From assembly GCA_902569055.1 (NCBI GenBank), contig CACFSU010000002.1:29922-93921 (forward strand): a DNA stretch of 64,000 nt, in the 5' to 3' direction. The position numbers were made by a program, and so were the translations under genes. This DNA is from an uncultured Pelagibacteraceae bacterium. GTDB lineage: Bacteria > Pseudomonadota > Alphaproteobacteria > Pelagibacterales > Pelagibacteraceae. Below, one piece after another: positions 49,216 through 58,357 of this stretch; position 1 is the first letter of the stretch; every line of letters begins with the position of its first letter. The notes beneath the pieces are model-generated. The model did not search any database and was not told the DNA's origin. It was given only the letters and a program-made list of their open reading frames with translations.

Positions 49216-50370
49216 TTAAATTTTTCTAAATCGTAAATTATTTCTATTTAAATCTGATATTTTTGTGCAACCCATTAATTTCATATCTCTCTCTAATTCA
49301 GCCTTGTACTGCCCTAAAGCTCTTTCTACACCTGCCTGTCCTGCGGCAGCTAAAGCATACAAATATAATCTTCCGCCTGAACAAGCTTTTGCCCCTAAAG
49401 ATAAAGCTTTAAGCATGTGAGTTCCTCTATGAATTCCACCTTCACAAATTACATCTAATTTATCACCTACAGCATCAACTATTTCTGCGAGTTGATCAAA
49501 AGGAGATCTTGATCCATCAAGTTGTCTCCCACCATGATTTGAAACCATTATACCTGTACATCCAATATCAACCGCTTTCTTAGCATCGTCAACACTCATT
49601 ACCCCTTTTAATGCAAAGTGACCTCCCCATTGAGAACAAAGTTTTTCAGCATCTTTCCAACTCATAGATTGATCCAACATAGTAGAAAAATAGTTTCCAA
49701 TTGAAGTATTAGTACTAGTTCCCTCTTGAACATAATCTTGAAGATGGGGTAATTCAAACTTACCTTTTGTTAAATAATTTATTCCCCACATTGGCTTTGT
49801 GGCAAAACTAAATAAACTTGATAATGTTAGTTTAGGAGGAGAGGTGAAACCGGTCCTTAAATCCCTTTCTCTATTTCCTCCAGTAATTGTATCAACAGTT
49901 AGAGCCATGACATCAAATTTAGCTGCTTTTGCTCTTTCTAAGCAAGAATCATTTAAACCTCTGTCCTTATGAAAATAAAACTGAAACATCTTTGGAGTAT
50001 CTATCATGGAAGATATTTCCTCAACACTTACTGTAGCTAATGCAGAAACACCAAACATAGTATTAAATTTTTGTGCAGCTTTTCCAACTGCTCTTTCACC
50101 ATCGTAATGAAAAAGTCTCTGAAGAGCAGTGGGTGCTAGATAAAAAGGTAGGTCTAATTTTTTATCAAATATAGTAGTTGATAAATCTACCTTCTCTACT
50201 CCTCTTAAAACATTAGGTACTAAATCAACATCATCAAACGCGCTTGTGTTTCTAGCATATGTAATTTCATCATCTGCAGCTCCATCAATATAATGGAATA
50301 TTGGTGATGGTAATTTTTTTTTTGCTAATTTTCTAAAATCACTAAAATTATAACAGTCTTTTAAATTCAT
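49216..50370 (-). CDS. FMN-dependent alpha-hydroxy acid oxidase/dehydrogenase, copy B
   Basis: HYIDGA, FQFY, LKG, SNHGGRQLD, EGGIHRG. Confidence 0.93.
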   Translation of the reverse strand: MNLKDCYNFSDFRKLAKKKLPSPIFHYIDGAADDEITYARNTSAFDDVDLVPNVLRGVEKVDLSTTIFDKKLDLPFYLAPTALQRLFHYDGERAVGKAAQKFNTMFGVSALATVSVEEISSMIDTPKMFQFYFHKDRGLNDSCLERAKAAKFDVMALTVDTITGGNRERDLRTGFTSPPKLTLSSLFSFATKPMWGINYLTKGKFELPHLQDYVQEGTSTNTSIGNYFSTMLDQSMSWKDAEKLCSQWGGHFALKGVMSVDDAKKAVDIGCTGIMVSNHGGRQLDGSRSPFDQLAEIVDAVGDKLDVICEGGIHRGTHMLKALSLGAKACSGGRLYLYALAAAGQAGVERALGQYKAELERDMKLMGCTKISDLNRNNLRFRKI

Positions 50371-50379
50371 TAAACAGTG

Positions 50380-50886
50380 TTAAAACTTTTTAAGAAAATT
50401 AAACATATAACTATTTGCCCCAGGATTTTTATCACCCAAACTTGCATTAGATACATGATTATAAGAAACACCAATACTTGATTCATCTGAAGGTTTATAA
50501 GATAATTGAACTTCTGATTTAAATTCCAAAATGTGACCTAAATCTTTACCATCACCCTCATGATAAAGGCCTGGGGCAAAACTTGGAGTAAATGTCATTC
50601 CACCCATATCTACATTCCATTCGACTCCAGTATAAATATAAGCTGCAGAGTTTTCTGTAACAAACCCACCTGTAATGGGTGAAACGTTTCCAACAAACGT
50701 ATCTCTATTTAAATTTTCATCCTGATGTTGAAAACCAACTAACAGAGCTTTTTGTTTATCATCACTAAAATCAAAATTTCCAGTAAAAAAATTTAATTGA
50801 TGATTATTATTTACTTCATCAGCTGCAAATAATTTTGTAGCAATAAAGATAACAAAAAAAATAAAACTAAGTTTTTTAAATATCAT
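50380..50886 (-). CDS. PagL-like lipid A deacylase/acyloxyacyl hydrolase outer-membrane beta-barrel
   Basis: signal peptide, LEFKS, HVSNA..NPG motif, C-terminal Phe. Confidence 0.75.
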   Translation of the reverse strand: MIFKKLSFIFFVIFIATKLFAADEVNNNHQLNFFTGNFDFSDDKQKALLVGFQHQDENLNRDTFVGNVSPITGGFVTENSAAYIYTGVEWNVDMGGMTFTPSFAPGLYHEGDGKDLGHILEFKSEVQLSYKPSDESSIGVSYNHVSNASLGDKNPGANSYMFNFLKKF

Positions 50887-50905
50887 TTCTTTTAATAGCA
50901 GATTA

Positions 50906-51268
50906 TTATCTAATGTTTATAAATTTTTTAATCACTATTGCACCCCCAAACAAGAAGATCAATAGTGGTAAAAACCACAAAATATAGGTATTTTTATTTA
51001 ATTTAGGATCATATAATATCCACTCTCCATATTTTTCTGTCAAAAAATTATAAATTTCTTTTTCAGATAGTCCTGCATTTATTTTATTTTTAACAACAAG
51101 TTTTACACTTATGGCAAATTCGGAATCAGAATCATAAACCGATTGACCTTGACAAATTAAACAACGTAAATTTTTTGTAATTTTATTTTGAAAATCTATT
51201 TCATCTGCATTTAAATAGTTAAGAGAAAATACTAAAAAAGTAATGAATATCAATTTTAATATTTTCAT
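50906..51268 (-). CDS. ccmH: Cytochrome c biogenesis protein CcmH
   Basis: LRCLICQ, YGEWILY.P, LWFLP. Confidence 0.93.
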   Translation of the reverse strand: MKILKLIFITFLVFSLNYLNADEIDFQNKITKNLRCLICQGQSVYDSDSEFAISVKLVVKNKINAGLSEKEIYNFLTEKYGEWILYDPKLNKNTYILWFLPLLIFLFGGAIVIKKFINIR

Positions 51269-51783
51269 TTAACAAAACTTTCAATTTCTAATATTAATTC
51301 AGAATTAAGTGGTCCAATATATTTTTTAATAATCTTGTTTTCAAAAATTAGAAATGTTTCTGGAACACCATATGCACCCCATTCTATTGCTTTTGTTCCA
51401 TCTTCGTCTAATAAAATTTTAGAATAAGGATTTCCTAAATCGTTAATAAATTTTTTAGCATTTTTATCTTTATCTTTATAATTAAGACCTATTATTTCTA
51501 TTTTACTATTTTCTTTTAAGTTCATTATTAACGGATGTTCTTCTCGACAAGGTAAACACCATGAAGACCAAATATTTAATAAATAAAATTTTTTTTGATT
51601 AAAAATATTATCTGAATAGACAAGTTTATTATCAAAGAATGTATAAGCCGAAAATTTTGGAATAATTTTGTTTTCATTATCAGATGGTTTATAAGTATTA
51701 GAATTATTCAACCCCTTAAAAAAAATAAAAAAAATAAAAATAAAAAAAGAAATAACAATAATTGGAAAAATCTTATTATTCAT
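51265..51783 (-). CDS. ccmG: Thiol:disulfide interchange protein CcmG/DsbE
   Basis: WSSWCLPCREEHP, YGVPETF. Confidence 0.93.
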   Translation of the reverse strand: MNNKIFPIIVISFFIFIFFIFFKGLNNSNTYKPSDNENKIIPKFSAYTFFDNKLVYSDNIFNQKKFYLLNIWSSWCLPCREEHPLIMNLKENSKIEIIGLNYKDKDKNAKKFINDLGNPYSKILLDEDGTKAIEWGAYGVPETFLIFENKIIKKYIGPLNSELILEIESFVK

Positions 51784-53650
51784 ATTTTTTATTAAATAAA
51801 CTTATTAAACCACCAAATGTAATTAATAATACTGAAATCCAAATCCATAACATAAATGGCTTAATCAGATATCTTACATTAAAATAATCTTCATTTTGAA
51901 CATTATTAATTGTAATAAAATTATCTTTAAACAATGTAACTTTAATATCTGCTTCACTAGTGATAATATTTGGTTGATTATAAATCCTAAGTTCTGGTTT
52001 TAATATATTTTCAAAATTTTCATCTTTTATAGAAAAAACACCAGTATAAGAAACATAGTTTTTTTTGTTTTCCTTAGTTAGATCATCAAACACAATCTCT
52101 AAATTATCAACTTTATAACTTTCTCCTACTTTCAAATTTGTAATAATCTCATTTGAAAAAATATTATTAAATAAAATACTTAAAATGAGTAAACTAAATC
52201 CGAAATGAGCCATATTTTGACTTAATTTTTTAGTTTTCTTAGAAAAAAAATCTCGAACAGTTATAAAAAATAAATAAAACGCACTTCCTACTAAAATACT
52301 ATTTAATAAATAGTTTGTTTCAAAATTTTTAACTATAAAAATTGATGCTAATACTGAAATAATTAGTAAAACAAATAAACTTAATTTATTTTTTAATTCA
52401 GATTTTATCCATTTTAACCTTGGTCCTATCGCCATAAATATTAAAAAAGGAATTAAAAATGGAATTATCAATTTGTGATAAAATGGTGGACCAACTGAAA
52501 TTTTTTGCGAAGATAATACATCTAAAAAAATTGGATAAACTGTACCAATTAAAACAACAGATAAAAAATACATCATAAACCAATTATTAATTACAATAGA
52601 TGTTTCTTTGCTTAAAAAAAATATAGGAGAAAAATTTTTATTATCAGATTTATGAAATACAAAAAATATAAAAATTGAAATAAATATTAATACAAACAAA
52701 AAAGATAAAATAAATAGTCCTCTTCCTGGATCATTAGCAAATGTATGAACAGAATTTAAAATACCTGAGCGAACTAAAAAAGTACCACACATACTAAGAG
52801 TAAAAGTTGCTATTGATAAAATAATTATCCACGATTTAAACAAAGATCTTTTTTCCAAAACTAAAATACAATGAAACAGTGTTGTTAAAGCTAGCCAAGG
52901 CATTAAAGAAACATTTTCAACAGGATCCCAAAACCAAAAACCTCCCCAACCTAACTCATAATAAGCCCATATTGATCCTAACAAAATTCCCAAAGTTAAA
53001 AAAATCCAAGAAATTAATACCCACCCCTTAATATGTTTCGCCCAATTACTATTTATATAATTTAAGGTGGTCGCTGCTAACACACTTGAAAATATAATTG
53101 AAGATCCAACATATCCTAAATACAGGATAGGTGGATGAATTGCTAAAGCGGGATCTTGTAAAATTGGATTTAAACCTAATCCTTCTTCAGGAATAGGAAA
53201 TAGATAGCTAAATGGATTTGATGTCTTTAACAAAAATATAAAAAAACCTATTATTATTATTTGTTGAAATATAACAGTTAGTATCCTGTATTTTATTAAT
53301 TGATTTTTTGAATTAACTAAAAATATAAAAATAAATAAGGTTAATACTAAAAGCCATAACAACAAACTCCCCTCATGATTACCCCACGTACCAGATATTT
53401 TATAAAATAAAGGTTTTGTTGTATGAGAATTATTAAAAACTGTTTCATTACTAAAATCAGAATTAATAAATGATAATATTAATCCAAAAAAACTTACAAA
53501 AACTAAAAACATTTGAAGAAATGAAAATGTTAAAATTTTACTATCTAAAATATTTGATTTTTTAAAATTTTTAATTGAAAAAAAAATTATTAATAAAGAA
53601 ATACCCAATCCAAAAATTAAAGAATAAAACCCCACAAAACTCGCTAACAT
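51776..53650 (-). CDS. ccmF: Heme lyase CcmF
   Basis: WGNHEGS, IHPP, WGGFWFWDPVEN, SVHTF. Confidence 0.97.
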   Translation of the reverse strand: MLASFVGFYSLIFGLGISLLIIFFSIKNFKKSNILDSKILTFSFLQMFLVFVSFFGLILSFINSDFSNETVFNNSHTTKPLFYKISGTWGNHEGSLLLWLLVLTLFIFIFLVNSKNQLIKYRILTVIFQQIIIIGFFIFLLKTSNPFSYLFPIPEEGLGLNPILQDPALAIHPPILYLGYVGSSIIFSSVLAATTLNYINSNWAKHIKGWVLISWIFLTLGILLGSIWAYYELGWGGFWFWDPVENVSLMPWLALTTLFHCILVLEKRSLFKSWIIILSIATFTLSMCGTFLVRSGILNSVHTFANDPGRGLFILSFLFVLIFISIFIFFVFHKSDNKNFSPIFFLSKETSIVINNWFMMYFLSVVLIGTVYPIFLDVLSSQKISVGPPFYHKLIIPFLIPFLIFMAIGPRLKWIKSELKNKLSLFVLLIISVLASIFIVKNFETNYLLNSILVGSAFYLFFITVRDFFSKKTKKLSQNMAHFGFSLLILSILFNNIFSNEIITNLKVGESYKVDNLEIVFDDLTKENKKNYVSYTGVFSIKDENFENILKPELRIYNQPNIITSEADIKVTLFKDNFITINNVQNEDYFNVRYLIKPFMLWIWISVLLITFGGLISLFNKKYE

Positions 53651-53651
53651 T

Positions 53652-54071
53652 TTATTTTTCCTTCAAAGCTTCGTTAACTTCCGGTGGCATATAATTTTCA
53701 TCGTGTTTAGCTAAAATTTTTGTCGCTTCAAAAAAGCTTCTATCTTTTAAATATCCCTCAGCAACTACACCTTTTCCCTCAGCAAAAAGATTAGGCACCA
53801 CCCCTGAATAAACAACGCTAATTTCATTTTTAAAGTCAGTTACAATAAAATTAATTTTCTCTGATGAAACTTCAATTGAATTTTCTTTCACCATTCCTCC
53901 AACTCTAATTTTTTTATATTTAATTTCTTCTAATAATTGGATATCTGAAGGTGATTGAAAATAAACAACATTTTCTTCTAATGATTTTAAAATTAAAAAT
54001 ACTGAAAGTATTAGAGAAAATAAAAAAAGAATTATAAAAAAAAATCTTAATTTAACTTTTCGACCATACAT
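53652..54071 (-). CDS. ccmE: Heme chaperone CcmE
   Basis: [28 protein letters not shown]. Confidence 0.96.
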   Translation of the reverse strand: MYGRKVKLRFFFIILFLFSLILSVFLILKSLEENVVYFQSPSDIQLLEEIKYKKIRVGGMVKENSIEVSSEKINFIVTDFKNEISVVYSGVVPNLFAEGKGVVAEGYLKDRSFFEATKILAKHDENYMPPEVNEALKEK

Positions 54072-54081
54072 GGTTTAAAAG

Positions 54082-54309
54082 TTAAATATTATGAGTGCTA
54101 GATAAAATTTTTCTATTAACAACTTGTGATCTTGCAACTTCTGCTTTCTTGGAGTCTAGGGCTCCAAATTTAGATTCAAATTTATTTTTTTCTTTAATAT
54201 AATGAATTTTAGTAACAACATATAATGATAGGAAACTAAAAAGTGTAAATGCAAAGGCGGACCAAACATATATTCCGTATCCACTCATATAAATTAATTC
54301 AGTAATCAT
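54082..54309 (-). CDS. ccmD: Heme exporter protein CcmD
   Basis: MSGYGIYVWSAF, single TM then charged tail, between ccmC and ccmE. Confidence 0.85.
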   Translation of the reverse strand: MITELIYMSGYGIYVWSAFAFTLFSFLSLYVVTKIHYIKEKNKFESKFGALDSKKAEVARSQVVNRKILSSTHNI

Positions 54310-55022
54310 AGTCTGTCTAAGCCTTTATTTTTAATTTTTATCAGTTCTGTATTATATTTCATTAAAAAAATTAACAAAGAAAATAGAGCAAATGCCGCAG
54401 TCATTATCAATAATGGAAATAACATTGATGAATGAATTGAGGATTTTGAGAGAACATTAATAGATGCAGGTTGATGAAGAGTATTCCACCAGTCGACAGA
54501 ATATTTAATAATTGGAACATTAATAATTCCCATAAGAGTAATTATTGATGTAACTTTCAAAACGTAATCTTTATCCTCATAAATTCTCCAGGCAACTAAG
54601 TACATTAAATAAAATAGAGCTAAAATTAACATCGAAGTAATTCTTGCATCCCAAGCCCACCAAGTTCCCCAAGTAGGTTTCCCCCAAATAGAACCTGTAA
54701 CTAGAGCTATAACATTAAAAACAAAACCAGAAGGAGCTAAACTTTTAGCAATCAAAAAAAAATTTTTATTTTTAAAAATATAACCACTCAAAGATAAAAA
54801 TGTCATTGAAGAAAAAATTCCAAGAGAAATCCAGGCTGCAGGAACATGAACATACATTATTCTCACTGAATGACTTTGCTTATAATCTTCTGGAGAAAAA
54901 ATTAATGCTTCAAGTAAACCAATTGAAATTACTATTACAAATAAAGCCATCACATACTTAGGGGCTTTAGAAGTAATTAAAAAAATCTTATTTGGTTCAA
55001 AAAATTTAAATATAAACTTCAT
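54306..55022 (-). CDS. ccmC: Heme exporter protein CcmC
   Basis: YVHVPAAW, WGKPTWGTWWAWDAR, WWNTLHQP. Confidence 0.97.
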   Translation of the reverse strand: MKFIFKFFEPNKIFLITSKAPKYVMALFVIVISIGLLEALIFSPEDYKQSHSVRIMYVHVPAAWISLGIFSSMTFLSLSGYIFKNKNFFLIAKSLAPSGFVFNVIALVTGSIWGKPTWGTWWAWDARITSMLILALFYLMYLVAWRIYEDKDYVLKVTSIITLMGIINVPIIKYSVDWWNTLHQPASINVLSKSSIHSSMLFPLLIMTAAFALFSLLIFLMKYNTELIKIKNKGLDRL

Positions 55023-55051
55023 TTAATTGATGTTTTAATATGAAAGAATTG

Positions 55052-55111
55052 TCTGATCAAGAATGCAGAGGGAGATAATAATAGGGGAAAAACGTAACAC
55101 TCTTGACCAGA
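55052..55111 (-). ncRNA. Candidate structured RNA (14-bp stem with CU-rich loop) between hspQ and ccmC
   Basis: minus strand UCUGGUCAAGAGUG pairs with CAUUCUUGAUCAGA (two G-U); loop has UUCCCCU and UCUCCCUC. Confidence 0.5.
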
Positions 55112-55174
55112 TATAATTAAAACTTAACTAATCTCTATGTCTAAGTTTTGAACTAATTGTGTTTAAATAATGAT

Positions 55175-55495
55175 TTAATTTGAGGGTTTAAAATAACTTG
55201 AGCCTTTTTTGCCAGAAAAAATTTCCTCAATCAAAGGATGCTTTATTGGTTCATCAGAATCATCCATTAATAGATTTTGTTGAGAAACATATGCCTCATA
55301 TGTAATTTCATCATTTTCAGCTAACAAATGATAAAATGGCTGATCTTTTTTTGGTCTAACATTTTTAGGAATTGATTGATACCATTCCTCAGAATTATTA
55401 AATTCGAAATCCACATCATAAATCACTCCTCTAAACTCAAAATGTTTATGTTTTACAATATCACCGATTGAAAATTTAGCTTTTTGAATTGCCAT
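55175..55495 (-). CDS. hspQ: Heat shock protein HspQ (YccV-like)
   Basis: AKFSIG, RGVIYDVD, KDQPFYHLLAE, AYVSQQNL. Confidence 0.93.
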   Translation of the reverse strand: MAIQKAKFSIGDIVKHKHFEFRGVIYDVDFEFNNSEEWYQSIPKNVRPKKDQPFYHLLAENDEITYEAYVSQQNLLMDDSDEPIKHPLIEEIFSGKKGSSYFKPSN

Positions 55496-55502
55496 TAATA
55501 TT

Positions 55503-55530
55503 AGTATGGGTATTTAAATAAAAAAATCAA
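55503..55530 (-). promoter_or_regulatory. Putative RpoH (sigma32) promoter of hspQ
   Basis: minus strand TTGATT-N14-CCCATACT just upstream of the ATG. Confidence 0.5.
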
Positions 55531-55583
55531 TAATAAAAATATAAAGTTTTTATGAAAATCTTAATTGTGTTAATATCTTCACA

Positions 55584-56135
55584 GTGAACAAATCTTTTTT
55601 AAAATTTCTCACAGATTTTGGCCCATTAGCAATTTTTTTTTACTACTATTATTATAGCGATAAAGATTTAAAAGTTGCTATACCACCATTTATAATTGCG
55701 ACAATTGTGTCATTAGCAATAATGTGGTTTTTAGAGAAAAAAATTCCAAAAGTACCATTATTGAGTGGAATTTTAGTTACTTTTTTTGGAGGATTGACAA
55801 TTTATTTTAATAATCCAGTTTTTATTTATATTAAACCTACAATCATAAATATATTATTTGGTTTGGCTTTAATATTTGGAAAATATTTTACTAATGAACC
55901 CGTTCTTAAAAAATTAATGGGAAAATCTGTTTCTTTAACTAATGAAGGCTGGGAAGTGTTAAATAAAAGATGGATATATTTTTTCTTTGGTCTAGCAATA
56001 TTAAATGAGCTAGTCTGGAGAACTCAAACAGAAGAGTTTTGGGTAAATTTTAAAGTATGGGGCTTATTACCTATAACTTTTATTTTTACAGGTTTTCAAA
56101 TAGGATTAATAAACAAATATAAAATAAATGAATAA
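55584..56135 (+). CDS. ispZ: Inner membrane protein YciB/IspZ
   Basis: DFGPL, FGGLT, IKPTIIN, WVNFKVWG. Confidence 0.93.
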   Translation: MNKSFLKFLTDFGPLAIFFYYYYYSDKDLKVAIPPFIIATIVSLAIMWFLEKKIPKVPLLSGILVTFFGGLTIYFNNPVFIYIKPTIINILFGLALIFGKYFTNEPVLKKLMGKSVSLTNEGWEVLNKRWIYFFFGLAILNELVWRTQTEEFWVNFKVWGLLPITFIFTGFQIGLINKYKINE

Positions 56136-56475
56136 TAATTTAAGATTAGTAGTAAATAACGATAATTACAACCATTTAGAAGAAAAACATTTTTTTAAAA
56201 AAAATGAATTAAAAATTATTTTAGACTTATATGCAAAAATGGTTTCAGAGGGTTCTTGGAAAGATTATGGGCTGAGCATATCAAGTAAACAAGTGGGTTT
56301 TAGTGTTTTTAAAAATGCAGCTGATAATGAAATGTATAAAATATGTAAAAATTTTAAACCAAAAAATAAAAACCTTAAATATTTAATAACTGATACAAAC
56401 GGAAAAATTTTAAAGAATTCTTTTGACCTAAATATTCTTTTAAAAAATACTAATTGGAAAAATCTTCAAAAGTAA
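56128..56475 (+). CDS. DUF2794-like protein
   Basis: FFKKNELKIILDLYAKMVSEGSWKDYG. Confidence 0.75.
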   Translation: MNNNLRLVVNNDNYNHLEEKHFFKKNELKIILDLYAKMVSEGSWKDYGLSISSKQVGFSVFKNAADNEMYKICKNFKPKNKNLKYLITDTNGKILKNSFDLNILLKNTNWKNLQK

Positions 56476-56477
56476 AA

Positions 56478-57239
56478 TTATCTTCTTTGACCAAATAATC
56501 TAAGTAGCATGATAAACAAATTAATGAAATCTAGATAAAGAGTTAAAGCACCCATCACAGCTTTTTTACCCATTAATTCTCCTGTATCACTAGCAACATA
56601 CATATTCTTAATTTTTTGAGTATCATAAGCAGTAAGCCCAACAAAAATTAGAACTCCTAAAATCGAAATAACAAAATACATCATTGAAGATTTCATAAAA
56701 ATATTTACTAATGACGCAATTATTATTCCAATTAAACCCATCATTAAAAATGACCCAAATTTTGTTAAATCTCTTTTAGTAGTATAACCGTACAAACTCA
56801 TTGCTCCAAAAGTAGCAGAAGTTATAAAAAATACTCTTGCAACACTTTGGCCAGTATAAACTAATAATATCCAAGATAATGATAATCCCATCAAGGCTGC
56901 AAATACCCAAAATACAGTTTGGGCTTTGGAGGCACTCATTTTATTAATCCCAAAACTCATGTAAAAAACTACTCCCAGTGGAGCTAACATTACCAACCAT
57001 TTTAATCCTGAGAAAAACAAAGAATTTCCCAAACTTGTAAAACCTGTAATTGCTCCAGTAGAGTCAGTCACAACTGACATTTTGAAAGACAGCAATGCAA
57101 TGATCCCAGTTAATAAAATTCCTGTTGCCATATAGTTATAAACTTTAAGCATATAGGCTCTTAAGCCCTCGTCTATTACAACAGTTGATTGTTGAGCTTC
57201 TTTTGCTCTTTCAAGTATTCCTTTTTTATTAAATTCCAT
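56478..57239 (-). CDS. Bax inhibitor-1/YccA family membrane protein
   Basis: DEGLRAYMLKVY, GLTAYDTQKIK, ALTLYLDFINLF. Confidence 0.95.
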   Translation of the reverse strand: MEFNKKGILERAKEAQQSTVVIDEGLRAYMLKVYNYMATGILLTGIIALLSFKMSVVTDSTGAITGFTSLGNSLFFSGLKWLVMLAPLGVVFYMSFGINKMSASKAQTVFWVFAALMGLSLSWILLVYTGQSVARVFFITSATFGAMSLYGYTTKRDLTKFGSFLMMGLIGIIIASLVNIFMKSSMMYFVISILGVLIFVGLTAYDTQKIKNMYVASDTGELMGKKAVMGALTLYLDFINLFIMLLRLFGQRR

Positions 57240-57250
57240 ATTATTAAAAT

Positions 57251-57276
57251 ATATAGTCTTTTACTAATTATTCAAG
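57251..57276 (-). promoter_or_regulatory. Putative RpoH-type promoter of the YccA-family gene
   Basis: minus strand CTTGAA-N14-CTATAT upstream of the ATG. Confidence 0.5.
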
Positions 57277-57319
57277 ATACCTTAAAAGATTAATAAAAAA
57301 TTAACGCCATAAAATCATA

Positions 57320-58357
57320 ATGAACTACAAAAAATTAGGAAATACCAGTCTTGATGTGAGTACAATTTGTCTCGGTACTATGACCTGGGGTGAACAAAAT
57401 ACTCAGGACGAAGGTTTTGAACAAATGAGTTATGCTTTAGATCATGGTGTAAATTTTTGGGATACTGCCGAACTTTACGCAATACCACCAAAAAAAAACA
57501 CTTATGGTAAAACAGAGGAAGTAATTGGAAATTGGTTTGAAAAAACCAAAAAAAGAAGTGAGGTAATTCTTGCAACAAAAATTGCAGGACCTGGTTTAAG
57601 TTGGATTAGAGGTGGTGGTAATCAATACGATGAGAAAAATTTAAATGAAGCTGTTAATGCAAGTCTTAAAAGATTAAAATCTGATTATATTGATTTGTAC
57701 CAACTTCATTGGCCTGAAAGAAAAAGTAATTTTTTTGGAAAACTTGGATATCAACATAAAGATGATAGTGATTGGAATAGGTTTGAAAATATTCTAAATT
57801 CATTAGATAAAATAATAAAAAGTGGAAAAATTAGATACCTAGGGCTTTCAAATGAAACAGCATGGGGTCTATCAAAATTTTTAGAAATTTCAAAATTAAA
57901 AAATCTTCCTAAAATAATGTCAGTTCAAAATCCCTATAGTCTTTTAAACAGAACTTATGAAGTTGGGCTAGCTGAAATTTCGATAAGAGAAGAAAGTGGT
58001 TTGCTAGCTTACTCTCCCTTAGCATTTGGTTACTTGACAGGAAAATATAGAAATGGAGAGTTACCTAAAAATTCTAGAATGAAATTATTTGGAAGTCAAT
58101 TTGATAGATATAAAACAAAAAATGGTCAATTAGCAATTGAAAAATATTACGAAATAGCTAATAAACATAGATTAGATTTTGCTCAAATGAGTCTTAAATT
58201 CTGTGAAGTTCAACCTTTTATTACTAGTGTAATAATTGGTGCTACAACAATGGATCAGTTGAAAACTAATATAGAAAGTGTAAATATAAAAATAAGCGAT
58301 GAAGTTATAAAAGAAATTAACGAGGTTCAAAAAATTTATCCTAACCCATGTCCATAA
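57320..58357 (+). CDS. NADP(H)-dependent aldo/keto reductase (Tas-like)
   Basis: LGTMTWGEQN, DTAELY, DLYQLHWP, SNET, AYSPLAFG. Confidence 0.93.
   Translation: MNYKKLGNTSLDVSTICLGTMTWGEQNTQDEGFEQMSYALDHGVNFWDTAELYAIPPKKNTYGKTEEVIGNWFEKTKKRSEVILATKIAGPGLSWIRGGGNQYDEKNLNEAVNASLKRLKSDYIDLYQLHWPERKSNFFGKLGYQHKDDSDWNRFENILNSLDKIIKSGKIRYLGLSNETAWGLSKFLEISKLKNLPKIMSVQNPYSLLNRTYEVGLAEISIREESGLLAYSPLAFGYLTGKYRNGELPKNSRMKLFGSQFDRYKTKNGQLAIEKYYEIANKHRLDFAQMSLKFCEVQPFITSVIIGATTMDQLKTNIESVNIKISDEVIKEINEVQKIYPNPCP

Noticed and set aside
34322-55495. Minus-strand block as a prophage or integrative island
   Set aside because: No integrase, tRNA attachment site, flanking direct repeats or phage genes; includes core ccm genes
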